DNA of 64,000 nt from Minisyncoccia bacterium (GCA_049317285.1 JBMOIO010000002.1:15312-79311), one strand, 5' to 3'. Positions 19,840 through 29,563 are shown, numbered from the stretch's first letter. Notes: generated by a model from the letters alone, not told the origin. Program-made: numbers and translations.

Positions 19840-21585
19840 CTACTCGCTGACAACACGCAACACATCATCAATCGTTGTTTTTCCATGAACCGCTTGGAAT
19901 ATGCCGTCTTCGAGCATGGTCATCATCCCCTCTTTTTTTGCTTGTGCTTCCACTTCGTCGGCGGTACCATTGCGCAAAATGATTTCCTTAATGGCGGGCG
20001 TCACTTTCATTGCTTCGTGAATACCAATACGCCCTTTGTAGCCGTCTTCACTTTCTTCTGAAGGTTTTGGTTTATAAAAAGGAATCTTCTCCCATGGCGT
20101 TCCCTTTTCAATAACATTCTCGGATTCGAGAAACCCTCGCATTCGGTCGAGATCGAGAACATGCGTGAGTGAGGCTATTTCAGACGCTGAAAGAAAATAC
20201 TGCTCTTTAGCGGTAGTAAGTCGGCGCACTAACCGCTGGGCCAAAATTGCTTTTGCGGTCGAGACGATGAGAAACGGCTCAACACCCATATCAATCAAGC
20301 GCGGAATAGCGCCTGCGGCCGAATTGGTGTGGATAGTCGAGAGCACTAAGTGTCCGGTCAGAGCTGCGTTTACAGCAAGGTCTGCCGTTTCGCCGTCTCG
20401 CACCTCACCAACCATAATAATATTCGGATCCTGACGAAGTAGTGCGCGCAAACCGTTTGCAAACGTCATACCAATATCTGCCTTTACTTGCGTTTGATTG
20501 ATGCGTGGCATTTGGTATTCGATTGGGTCTTCGACTGTAGAAATATTTACTTCGGGGGTATTTAAAATATCCAACAATGTATAGAGTGTTGTTGTCTTAC
20601 CGCTCCCTGTCGGACCGGAAGCCAAAATGATGCCTGAGTGCTGACGCAATGCTTCATGAATCGCTTCAAGTCCGCTTCCATGAAAGCCAAGTCCCTCGAG
20701 CGTGAATCCGTGTGTACTCTCGCGCAAAATACGAATAACAGCTTTTTCACCATAGTAGGTAGGGATAGTGGACACGCGAAACGATACAGGCGCCTCGTCG
20801 AGCACTATTTTAAAGCGCCCATCCTGGGGCAAGCGCTTTTCATCGAGCTTGAGGTTTGAAAGCACTTTGATGCGCGCAGTAATCGCGGGCGCCGCCCCTT
20901 TCGGAAGCGTCATTGCATCGTGCAAGATACCGTCGATGCGGTAGCGGATAATCATTTCATTCTCCCCGGGCTCCATATGAATGTCCGATGCGCCTTGCAT
21001 GATTGCATGAGAAATAAGCGAGTCAACAATTTTGATTACCGGCAAGTCTTCTGCAAGCGCCTTGAGGTCTCCTTCAGATGCGTCAGCTTTTGCTTCAGGA
21101 ACAGCGTTCAGTGAAAGCGCTTCCTTTTGAATAATAGCCCCGAACTCCGCCTGCAGGCTTTTTCGGTACTGCTGCAAAACTGCCTTGATGGTCTCAGTGT
21201 CGGTGAGACGCGGCAAGATACGCAGCCCCGTTTTCTTTTTTATAAAGTCGATTACCGGCAGGTTGTCGATATCGAGGACCGCAATCTCCAAGTCGCTCCC
21301 CGACTTTTTGTACGCGACAATGTTATATCTACGCGCAATGGACTCCGGAATAAGCGCGAGAATGTCCGGGTCGAGACGCTCTTTCGTAAGCCCGATAAAC
21401 GGAATACCGAGTACATACGCTTCAAGGCGCTTGATTTCACTCTCCTTCACCTTTCCTTCGGTCAAAAGAAAATCTGAAAGCGATTGTGCGGTATTTTTCC
21501 GACGGTCATACGCTTCGATGTCGCCGAGGCTTGCAATGTTTGCATCGAGCACTAAATTGCGGAGTTTTGCTTGGTCGATTACCAT
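19840..21585 (-). CDS. pilB: type IV pilus assembly ATPase PilB (GspE family)
   Basis: 581 aa; Walker A GPTGSGKTTTLY, Asp box, Walker B, His box; N-terminal GspII_E domain. Confidence 0.9.
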   Translation of the reverse strand: MVIDQAKLRNLVLDANIASLGDIEAYDRRKNTAQSLSDFLLTEGKVKESEIKRLEAYVLGIPFIGLTKERLDPDILALIPESIARRYNIVAYKKSGSDLEIAVLDIDNLPVIDFIKKKTGLRILPRLTDTETIKAVLQQYRKSLQAEFGAIIQKEALSLNAVPEAKADASEGDLKALAEDLPVIKIVDSLISHAIMQGASDIHMEPGENEMIIRYRIDGILHDAMTLPKGAAPAITARIKVLSNLKLDEKRLPQDGRFKIVLDEAPVSFRVSTIPTYYGEKAVIRILRESTHGFTLEGLGFHGSGLEAIHEALRQHSGIILASGPTGSGKTTTLYTLLDILNTPEVNISTVEDPIEYQMPRINQTQVKADIGMTFANGLRALLRQDPNIIMVGEVRDGETADLAVNAALTGHLVLSTIHTNSAAGAIPRLIDMGVEPFLIVSTAKAILAQRLVRRLTTAKEQYFLSASEIASLTHVLDLDRMRGFLESENVIEKGTPWEKIPFYKPKPSEESEDGYKGRIGIHEAMKVTPAIKEIILRNGTADEVEAQAKKEGMMTMLEDGIFQAVHGKTTIDDVLRVVSE

Positions 21586-21671
21586 TCCTTACAGTATAGC
21601 AACAACAGTGGTTGTATGCGCAATAAAAAATTGCTTCTTATATAAATATAAGAAGCAATTTAAAAAAAATA

Positions 21672-22085
21672 CTATTTACCGAATGTTGCGCGTGCCCTTG
21701 TAGCGGCAGTGAGGACCATCGAGGTTTCAGTCAGTGTGGTGACATCATAGACATCCGGACTATCAACATCAACATCGATTTGTGTTTCATTGGCCATAAA
21801 CTTCCATTTACGATTTTTGACTGTTGCACCCTTTGCTATAGTAAGTGCTCCGCCCGTTTTGAACGTCCATACTTCGGCTGTGCCGAAATTATAATTAACC
21901 CATACACCATTCGAAAATTCTTCAACCTTGAGCAGTTTCCATGGCGTTGGGATAATGAGCTCGGTTTTTGTTTTTACAACAGGGGTCGTAGTATCCGGCT
22001 TTGTCGTATTGTCTTTACCACATGAAGCAATACCAACAAACAGTGCGATAAGGATGATCCATCCTTTGTTTAAAAGAGCTTTCAT
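21672..22085 (-). CDS. putative lipoprotein
   Basis: signal peptide with lipobox VGIASCG; 137 aa beta-rich. Confidence 0.5.
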   Translation of the reverse strand: MKALLNKGWIILIALFVGIASCGKDNTTKPDTTTPVVKTKTELIIPTPWKLLKVEEFSNGVWVNYNFGTAEVWTFKTGGALTIAKGATVKNRKWKFMANETQIDVDVDSPDVYDVTTLTETSMVLTAATRARATFGK

Positions 22086-22214
22086 ATTTATTTGTTTAAG
22101 TGTGAGAAATTAACGTTTTTTGAAGTCTAATAGAGATTCACCTATTTGTCAAGATTTTTTTGACTTTCTTCCAGCAATCAAAAACACCCCTGCTCGGGGT
22201 GTTTTTATATAGCA

Positions 22215-23474
22215 CTAGTCCTGAAAAATAATAAGGTTTGTCGCACTGTTGATATGGAAGTAGACGTATTCATCAGTTGCACCTCCGAAAGTGCGCTCTC
22301 GTGCTGCCCGCCCCTTAATCTTCCCATAAAACTCAATTGTGTCCCCTACATTTAGCGTTCGGCCATATGACTGATAGCTCACACTATAGGGCATTGTCGT
22401 ATACGGATCATCTTTTGCATCACGCCCGAAAGTCCAATTCCAATTACCCTCCTTGCAGGTATAGTTTGCCCAAGAGTATCCAGGAAAAGGATTATTATAT
22501 CCACCCTCATTACATTCTGTAAAGAAGTATGATCCTGCATTTGCCGTATCAAAATCCCCTTCCCACGCTACGCCCGATGGAAATTGAATAGGATCAGGAA
22601 GCGGATTAAAGGTTCCATTACTCTTATAGTCCCCCGGAGTAGGGAGCTTTGTTTCAACGCCGTTGATGTTTACATAAAAATCTACCCAGATACTAAACCG
22701 AGTGCGCTCAGTATCGCGAACAGTCAATTGTCCAGAGGAAGAAAAGTTAATATTGTATACACCCGCCTCTGTTACAGTCAGTACTTTACCACTCGCTCCT
22801 GGAGAAAGAGAGGTTGGGTGATAGGTTGAAATAGTACTACAGGTAGGACTAAGCATGCTTAAAGAAAACTTCATCAGGTTTGGATTGTAATTTTTGGTGG
22901 TGGGGAGTTCCCAAATCGCATTTGCAATATTGTGTGTCAACAGACATCTATTCCCTACAACTTGTTCTGTACAGTTCCCTGTCTTTATATTGCGCACATG
23001 CCCAAAAGGAACTGTTTCTTGGTTACCCGAAATGTTTCTGCACATATCTGGTACACAGAGGTTTATCACCCCATTAGCATCAGCACATAGCGCCTTGTTA
23101 CTGTCATTTGCCACGCGCTGATTTTGAATATAGCTATTTGCCAAAATATTTCCACTTACCGCAATGTTTCCCACTACACCACCAGCAGTACTTCCTACAG
23201 CAACAGTTGAATTAGTGTCTACAGGAGTACCTCCGCGCACCACACCTTGAAGCGAAAGCGTTTGCTCAAAAGAACTGTTTTGAGAAACAAGAAAATCTTG
23301 CACAGAAAGTCCACCGCTTTTTATCTGTGCAGGACCAACATGAACAGGGAGCGATTTATTTCCCGCATACAGATCAGCCGATGGAGCTGCCCACTGAGCA
23401 GTAACAGAAACACCAAAGGCAAATACGAGTCCGAAGGCGATATATTTAAGATTGGTGAGAAGTGTTTTTTTCAT
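22215..23474 (-). CDS. secreted G/S/T/N-rich surface protein, paralog 3 of a tandem family
   Basis: Sec signal MKKTLLTNLKYIAFGLVFAFG; shares the N-terminal region and the C(A)D..G...LC cysteine motif with the two upstream genes. Confidence 0.55.
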   Translation of the reverse strand: MKKTLLTNLKYIAFGLVFAFGVSVTAQWAAPSADLYAGNKSLPVHVGPAQIKSGGLSVQDFLVSQNSSFEQTLSLQGVVRGGTPVDTNSTVAVGSTAGGVVGNIAVSGNILANSYIQNQRVANDSNKALCADANGVINLCVPDMCRNISGNQETVPFGHVRNIKTGNCTEQVVGNRCLLTHNIANAIWELPTTKNYNPNLMKFSLSMLSPTCSTISTYHPTSLSPGASGKVLTVTEAGVYNINFSSSGQLTVRDTERTRFSIWVDFYVNINGVETKLPTPGDYKSNGTFNPLPDPIQFPSGVAWEGDFDTANAGSYFFTECNEGGYNNPFPGYSWANYTCKEGNWNWTFGRDAKDDPYTTMPYSVSYQSYGRTLNVGDTIEFYGKIKGRAARERTFGGATDEYVYFHINSATNLIIFQD

Positions 23475-23477
23475 AAA

Positions 23478-24233
23478 TTATTGGCAGCTGTTAAAGGTGA
23501 TGATAAACGATGGACTATCTTCGCTAAGTCCAAAGGCAGTCGCATTGTCGGAGAACGGGATTGGTGTTCCTGTATCTAAACACATCCAATTCATTGCAGT
23601 AATAGTATAACTTCCCAACGATACAACTGTCGGAACTGTGGTGTTGTTCACTGTATAGATTTGACCAGTAGCATTGTTTCGAATAGTAACAGCATCTCCT
23701 ACTTGGTTTGGTCTAAAAGAAATCAATACAGATCCCATTGGTTCTAGTGCTCCTGTCTCTGTAGTCCACACTGCAGGATCACACAACACAAGCGTTCCTG
23801 TTTCGTCGGCACATACTGCACCATCAGTAGGATTTGCGAGCGGATTGCTTTGCACCGTGTAATTAGTATTTGCCACGCCTCCTGAAACGGCAACATGTGT
23901 TGGCACTTCGACATTAGGACCTCCAAAACGAACAGTTCCTACTGTCGTACCAGGTGCACCCCCACGAAGCCCTCCTGTGAAGAAGGTTGTTCCATCAATC
24001 TGTGCGTTTGCAAGCGCGATAAACCATTCACCTATCGAAAGCGAGCCTGCCTTCACCTGATCAGTACTATTCACGTACACTGGTGTTGAGGCGTTATTGT
24101 TGGGGAATGAAGCACTCGGGCCGGAATAGGAATTGGTGAGCCCACCCCATGACGCATGTGCATAGCTTGCCCCCATAGCAAGAACAAGACCGAGAGCGAT
24201 GAATTTTAAATTAGTGAGAAGTGTTTTTTTCAT
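23478..24233 (-). CDS. secreted surface protein, paralog 2 of the tandem family
   Basis: MKKTLLTNLKFIALGLVLAMG signal; GGLRGGAPG; VCADETGTLVLC; C-terminal ITFNSCQ. Confidence 0.55.
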   Translation of the reverse strand: MKKTLLTNLKFIALGLVLAMGASYAHASWGGLTNSYSGPSASFPNNNASTPVYVNSTDQVKAGSLSIGEWFIALANAQIDGTTFFTGGLRGGAPGTTVGTVRFGGPNVEVPTHVAVSGGVANTNYTVQSNPLANPTDGAVCADETGTLVLCDPAVWTTETGALEPMGSVLISFRPNQVGDAVTIRNNATGQIYTVNNTTVPTVVSLGSYTITAMNWMCLDTGTPIPFSDNATAFGLSEDSPSFIITFNSCQ

Positions 24234-24242
24234 AAAAATAAT

Positions 24243-24986
24243 TTAACAGCTAAAGTTAAAGGTGATGGTGTATGAATCTCCGTCATTGAGAACAAAATCT
24301 GTTCCTCCTCCCCGGGTCATAACAGGGTCGTTTGTAGTGGTACACACTATATCCGTATTGGTGATGGTATAACTACCAATCGGCACCACTTTTCCAGTTG
24401 AAATGCCCATAGTGAATCCTGGAGCCATATCAAGTCTGTGCAACGATCCATCATTATTATTATTCACCATCACAAACGTACCAGTCTGCTGGGAGCCCTC
24501 AATATAAAAGTCTAGAGAGGCGCTTGGGGTTGCAGCCACAGGTGCCGGTGCAGCGGGGGCAGTAGAAGGAGAAGTGCAAAGGAAAAATGTTCCGTCTGCA
24601 TTAGCGCACACCGGTTTTTTCCCACCACCACTGACAAGAGAGTTTGACTGTATTGTTCCAAGAGTGCTGATAGAGCCGTTTATAGTAGTATTCACCCCGT
24701 AGCTACTGTTACCAATCGCAACCGTGTTTGATCCATCGCTCTGAATGTTGCCCCCTGTCACAACTCCTCCAGCAAATGTTTCTTGACTGAACAAAGCGTT
24801 TCCTCGAGCCTGAAATGTTGTTGTAGAAAATCCTCCTGCTTTATCTTGACTAAGCGCGCTCGTATTGATTGGTGCATCAGTGTTTGCGCCAAATGCTCCT
24901 GTTGTTGGAGGAGTGTAGGCTGAAACAGCGCCGGCAATGCCGAGAGCGAGACCAAGAGCGATAAGGCGGTAATGGATGAGTTTCAT
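24243..24986 (-). CDS. secreted surface protein, paralog 1 of the tandem family
   Basis: Sec signal; VCANADGTFFLC; C-terminal ITFNFSC; 10-nt spacing to next gene. Confidence 0.55.
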   Translation of the reverse strand: MKLIHYRLIALGLALGIAGAVSAYTPPTTGAFGANTDAPINTSALSQDKAGGFSTTTFQARGNALFSQETFAGGVVTGGNIQSDGSNTVAIGNSSYGVNTTINGSISTLGTIQSNSLVSGGGKKPVCANADGTFFLCTSPSTAPAAPAPVAATPSASLDFYIEGSQQTGTFVMVNNNNDGSLHRLDMAPGFTMGISTGKVVPIGSYTITNTDIVCTTTNDPVMTRGGGTDFVLNDGDSYTITFNFSC

Positions 24987-24987
24987 A

Positions 24988-25323
24988 TTAGTTATTTAAA
25001 CTGTTAAGCATTTGTAGTCGATCGCTGGGCGTTGTTTTTGTCGGAGACGAAGTTGCTCCGAGTACGCTCCCTTGAGCAAAGACCTGCTCAGGAGTCTTGT
25101 TCACCGGAAGAGAAGACTCAGAAAGTGAGCGAAGTGCCTCTTCAGGACTGAGTGCCTTATCCTTTTGTTCCATGAAATACCATACCGCTAACCCAACAAC
25201 AATAACGATACATATAATAGCCACTGCTGTGCGTTGTTTTTTCTGTTCATAACCACTGAGAACCGCATGTTCTTCAAGAACGCGTGGATTGTAGTTATTG
25301 TTTTGTACTGCGGTAGATTCCAT
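24988..25323 (-). CDS. small single-pass membrane protein
   Basis: 111 aa; one TM (VAIICIVIVVGLAVWYF). Confidence 0.4.
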   Translation of the reverse strand: MESTAVQNNNYNPRVLEEHAVLSGYEQKKQRTAVAIICIVIVVGLAVWYFMEQKDKALSPEEALRSLSESSLPVNKTPEQVFAQGSVLGATSSPTKTTPSDRLQMLNSLNN

Positions 25324-25336
25324 GACAATAAGTATA

Positions 25337-26605
25337 CTAAAATTCTATGAATATCGGCTTTTTTACCGCTACGCATGCACCCTGTGGGTTAACTGTCATA
25401 TTAGTAGGGATGCTAAGTTGTACATCCGCAATATTTGGACACCAGTCCGTAGTAAGGTCAGGGTAACCAATCGGCACGCATTGACTGCTTTCGTTTATCG
25501 TATATCCAGCTGGTGCTGCAAGTTGTACACCAATAATATTCGGGCAGACATCACCGACCCCTCCATCGCCCGGAGGGGTGCCGCCTCCTCCAGTACCATT
25601 AGGACAGCTGTTGTTTACTGGTGTCGCTCCGTCTGGGCAACGCTTAGTAATCTGAGTACAAGAAGAGTCTGTACAGTCTGGGCAAATACCGTTAGAAGGT
25701 TTTGGTGCACCATTTGGACAGAAGAGATTTTTCTGTGTTGGGGTACAGTTACCAGTTACCAGGTCAATGACCAGTGTCGAAGGAAGGTTGTTTCTGAAAT
25801 ACGCCTGATACGGTGGCTGACAGGCTGCACCTAGTCCACCTGGTGGAACACATTGCCCATTGGTGTCTATTGTATAACTAGGAGGAAGTGCATTTTTCTT
25901 TATGTGAGTGTATGGACTGTTAGGACAATACTGTGTTGCAAGAAGACAGTTTCCGTCAGTGTCCCGAGTGAGCCCTTGTTGGGTGAGGTATGCTTGGTCT
26001 TGATTCCCTGCAATATCAAGACAGAGGTCCACAGTCGGTGTTGTCGTTATCTTTGCATCACCTTGAACCGCGATCCAGCCAAGCACCTCAGAGCCCCAAA
26101 TGGAGCCATTAATACTGCGCGTTGTTCCGTTGAGTGCCCCAAGAGTGAGTCCGTATCCGCTTCCGGAGAGCGAAAGGAACCCATCCCAGCCTCCTAAATA
26201 AGCATTATCCGCCAGAGCACCACTGCAACCAGAAGCAAAAACAGAGCAGGCGCGTGCCCATCCCTCGACAGTAGAGGTCACAGTATTAAGGCGTGCTCCC
26301 GCTGTACATCCGCTTGTCGGACAACCAGCATCGTTAAATGTAATCCAGCCAATATTGGAAGACCACGCAGTACCAGAAACTGTTCCTGTTATCGGATCAA
26401 TCGTTACGCCATAGGTATACCCTGTACAAGTATTAGAGTCCGCTGCGTCAGTACAGTTGTTGAGCGATATCCACCCGGTATTTGAAGACCACATGCTTCC
26501 GCTTGCATTATTATTGGTACCCGCGCGCAAAGAAGACGCAGTGAACAATACAATGGCGGTTACAACAGTGAGTGCAATGAAAAGTACTTTAGTGCGAGTC
26601 TTCAT
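25337..26605 (-). CDS. secreted Cys-rich protein with W-rich repeats and C-terminal KKPIFIEF tail
   Basis: signal peptide; four xWSSNxGWIxxN-type repeats; Cys-rich C-terminal half; terminal ...VCPNIIGVQLAAPAGYTI...KKPIFIEF. Confidence 0.6.
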   Translation of the reverse strand: MKTRTKVLFIALTVVTAIVLFTASSLRAGTNNNASGSMWSSNTGWISLNNCTDAADSNTCTGYTYGVTIDPITGTVSGTAWSSNIGWITFNDAGCPTSGCTAGARLNTVTSTVEGWARACSVFASGCSGALADNAYLGGWDGFLSLSGSGYGLTLGALNGTTRSINGSIWGSEVLGWIAVQGDAKITTTPTVDLCLDIAGNQDQAYLTQQGLTRDTDGNCLLATQYCPNSPYTHIKKNALPPSYTIDTNGQCVPPGGLGAACQPPYQAYFRNNLPSTLVIDLVTGNCTPTQKNLFCPNGAPKPSNGICPDCTDSSCTQITKRCPDGATPVNNSCPNGTGGGGTPPGDGGVGDVCPNIIGVQLAAPAGYTINESSQCVPIGYPDLTTDWCPNIADVQLSIPTNMTVNPQGACVAVKKPIFIEF

Positions 26606-26685
26606 GAATACATAGAGTATAGTGCACATGCGACAACACGCGCAAGGAGTTATCCCGTGTTATGTAAAGAAAAATTGAAAGAACA

Positions 26686-27582
26686 TTAAAACTCAGTAAA
26701 GATCGGTTTCTTTTTATTGAAAATAAAACTCGAATAAGAACTACCGTTACATGCAGCCTGTCCTCCTGTTACTGTGCCAGGTACAATAATATCAGTCGCT
26801 ACTTCCCATGTATCCCCTCCGCGAGGAACTAGTGTTACTGTTTTTGTACTTGCGCCCCATGTGACAGTACATGTTCCACTACCACCAATATGAGTGATGA
26901 CAATTCGTTTTGTTGATCCGCTCGGAGCGGTTGGTGGAGTACCAGGGTCGACAGGAATAGCCGGGTCATACGGCGGATCTACATGTAGCACTGTTGTCTG
27001 AATACAATTTCCTCCTGAAAATGAGTACCCTGCAGGAATCGCTGTTTGTGTGCCAGAAAGATTAGGACATACATCTGTTACTGGAGGACACGCAGCGGTA
27101 CTGCATGCTTGAGATTCAACTGCACTTCCCACACACGGAGCACCTCCGTTTAATGGTGGAGTACAGGTGCGAGTACGAGTCTGCGTGCCTGTTTGTCCGC
27201 AGGCGTTTACACTGCAATCACTCCATGGCCCCCATGGGCCCCAGAAACCATCAACAGGAGTCAATGGGCACGCAGCGGTACTGCATGGTTGAGACTCAAC
27301 CGAGTCTCCCACACAAGGAGCACCTCCGTTTAATGGTGGAGTACAGGTGCGAGTACGAGTCTGCGTGCCTGTTTGTCCGCATGCACTTACACTACAGTCA
27401 CTCCATGGTCCCCATGGACCCCATGATCCGTCGACAGGAGTTGGCGGAACAACAGTGTATTCGATCGAGAAATTAAAATACTCCCACGCCGCATTAGCGC
27501 GCTCTGGAATTGCAAACGAACAAACTGCAATGAGTACAAGAGTGGTAAAAAAGAGTGCGAGTTTTTGTTTCATAATATGCAT
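26686..27582 (-). CDS. secreted protein with two tandem thrombospondin type-1 (TSP1) repeats and C-terminal KKPIFTEF tail
   Basis: signal peptide; twice WGPWGPWSDCSVxACGQTGTQTRTRTCTPPLNGGAPCVG..VESQxCSTAAC, matching the TSR layout WxxWxxW / CSxxCG / RxRxC / GGxxC / 6 Cys; terminal NKKKPIFTEF. Confidence 0.75.
   Translation of the reverse strand: MHIMKQKLALFFTTLVLIAVCSFAIPERANAAWEYFNFSIEYTVVPPTPVDGSWGPWGPWSDCSVSACGQTGTQTRTRTCTPPLNGGAPCVGDSVESQPCSTAACPLTPVDGFWGPWGPWSDCSVNACGQTGTQTRTRTCTPPLNGGAPCVGSAVESQACSTAACPPVTDVCPNLSGTQTAIPAGYSFSGGNCIQTTVLHVDPPYDPAIPVDPGTPPTAPSGSTKRIVITHIGGSGTCTVTWGASTKTVTLVPRGGDTWEVATDIIVPGTVTGGQAACNGSSYSSFIFNKKKPIFTEF
27082..27441 (-). repeat. 2 x 180-bp near-identical tandem repeat encoding the two TSP1 modules
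   Basis: copies begin at 27089 and 27269 on the plus strand; ~90% identical with a ~66-nt perfect core; antisense ORF 27105..27476 echoes it. Confidence 0.85.
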
Positions 27583-27589
27583 AGTTCTA

Positions 27590-29563
27590 TTAACATCTAA
27601 ATTGCGGCCAAACCTCAACTTCAGTTGAAGTTGTTGAAAAGCACTGCGAATCTATATTCGGAGGAAACAACCCGGCGTAAGGTGTTGACGGTCCGTACTC
27701 TTCTATACAGCTTTCACCTGCAGGAATAGTGACCTCTTTTGTTTCAAAACCAATAAATGAAGCATAGAACCTCCATCGCGCCGTAAATGTTACAGGGTTC
27801 GGGAGAGTGTATGTCTGTGGCGGATATGGGTCCCCAATATTCCACTCTTGTGCAAGACAGATACGAATAAGTCTTTTATAGTTACCCCAAAATCCACATG
27901 AACCCGGAATACATCCAAATGAGGATCCAACAGGGTCATGGGTGTACACCATCCCTGAGGCAGGTATCTTTTGTACGGCGTCTTGTACCTTTATCCCTCC
28001 CTTAAAGCTCGCTGAAAAGACCCCTGCAGAGGCTTGCGCTGTACCAATCGTTGCTGTCCCAAAAAGACTTCCACCGGAAGAAATACTGTTTTCACCTATA
28101 ATCGAAACTAGTGCTCCATTTACACCTCCTTCAAGCGAAGCAGTGTCGACATTCGTTGATTCTGATTGAATCGATGTCGTAACAGAAATGGTTTCATTTT
28201 GCTGATACGAGCTTTTGTTGGTATTTATTGTGAAATGAAGCGGGCCGTTTGCCGAACCCTGAATCGTATACGTTGCCGCAGAAGCAGTAGAAGTAATTCC
28301 CCAAGCAAATAAGAAGAGGAGAAGAGCAATGGTATTTACTGTCGCACTATTATTAGCAGCCTGCTTTTTCTTGATATACCACAGTACTGCACCCAAGAGT
28401 GCAAGTACTCCAAGAACCAATAGTGCGATAGTGCCCCATTTTACGGGACGCTTCACTGAAGTAGTCTCAAATACAACAGACATATCATCAAATACTTCCC
28501 CTGTTGCGTCCTTCAATACAAGTGTCACTTCTGGATTGTAACAAGCATTAAGAATAGGAATCTCTATTGTAGAAAAGACGCTTCCTTCATCAAGTACAAG
28601 CAGAGATTCATATGCCGCAGCACAGCTTCGCCCTGTATCGCTCTTTATTACTACATTCGCCACTATTTCCTTTGTAGTAGCAGACCACAAAAGAGAAAGT
28701 CGCGCGGTTTCATTTTTAATATAAAAATCCTTATCAAGAGTCATATTGGCAATCTTTGCGGTCGGACCAGCAACAGTGTATGGAAAAGATATCATGCCAG
28801 ACGCACCATCAAGCGTGACAGTAAGGTTATATAACCCCGCTTTCTCGCTACGAGGAAGCGTAAGGATGAGCGGCTGTTCTGGCTGTTCAGAGAGTGCAAT
28901 TGCTCCAGTATCTCCTCCTACAACTGCAATCTCTTCACCAAATGCACTCCCTTCGCGGGTTATATAGCGAGGAGTAACAGAAAGGGGGGCTCCTGTCGGG
29001 TTTTTTATTACGCACAAAAGCCGAAACGATTCTTCTGGCAAAAGAATAACGTTTGCGTGGGGTATATACCCCGTCGCAGTGACAGGTTTCACTTCAGTTC
29101 TGCAAGAGAGAGGGTCGATGGAGACGCCGTTTTCTGATGCAACAAGCGTTACTTCTCCTGCAACTGTTATTCCGAACAGAAAACCGCTTTGGTTTCGGGC
29201 GCGCACGAGAACCGTATAGGATCCATCGAGGGTTGTGGGTACATCATAAATAACTTCGCGTGAAAGAGAGCTATTCGGGGCAAGTGTCAAAATTTCTTCA
29301 TATATTTTCTCGTCAACAAGGGTCTGCTTACCCCCTTCATTACTCACTAAGCTCACGCTATAGCGAACATCGGACTGCATCCCTTCACCGTTGTTGAGCT
29401 CAAACCCGACCGTAATCTCTCCTCCTTCATACGAGAGTACTCGCGCGTTTTGAATATTAACCGAGGCAACCTTGACCGGTCCATTTTCTGATACTTGCGC
29501 ACTTGCCACTATAGGGAAGAGCGCGAGTGCAGCGAGAAGAAATGAAAATAGATAGCGATTCAT
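27590..29563 (-). CDS. large surface protein, two extracytoplasmic domains separated by a TM hairpin
   Basis: start reset to MNRYLFSFLLAALALFPIVASA; central WGTIALLVLGVLALLGAVLWYIKKKQ and IALLLFLFAWGITSTASA hydrophobic segments. Confidence 0.5.
   Translation of the reverse strand: MNRYLFSFLLAALALFPIVASAQVSENGPVKVASVNIQNARVLSYEGGEITVGFELNNGEGMQSDVRYSVSLVSNEGGKQTLVDEKIYEEILTLAPNSSLSREVIYDVPTTLDGSYTVLVRARNQSGFLFGITVAGEVTLVASENGVSIDPLSCRTEVKPVTATGYIPHANVILLPEESFRLLCVIKNPTGAPLSVTPRYITREGSAFGEEIAVVGGDTGAIALSEQPEQPLILTLPRSEKAGLYNLTVTLDGASGMISFPYTVAGPTAKIANMTLDKDFYIKNETARLSLLWSATTKEIVANVVIKSDTGRSCAAAYESLLVLDEGSVFSTIEIPILNACYNPEVTLVLKDATGEVFDDMSVVFETTSVKRPVKWGTIALLVLGVLALLGAVLWYIKKKQAANNSATVNTIALLLFLFAWGITSTASAATYTIQGSANGPLHFTINTNKSSYQQNETISVTTSIQSESTNVDTASLEGGVNGALVSIIGENSISSGGSLFGTATIGTAQASAGVFSASFKGGIKVQDAVQKIPASGMVYTHDPVGSSFGCIPGSCGFWGNYKRLIRICLAQEWNIGDPYPPQTYTLPNPVTFTARWRFYASFIGFETKEVTIPAGESCIEEYGPSTPYAGLFPPNIDSQCFSTTSTEVEVWPQFRC

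Noticed and set aside
27105-27476. 123-aa plus-strand ORF with internally repeated MVEYRCEYESACLFVR
   Set aside because: Antisense shadow of the 180-bp tandem repeat inside the TSP1 gene; not a gene.
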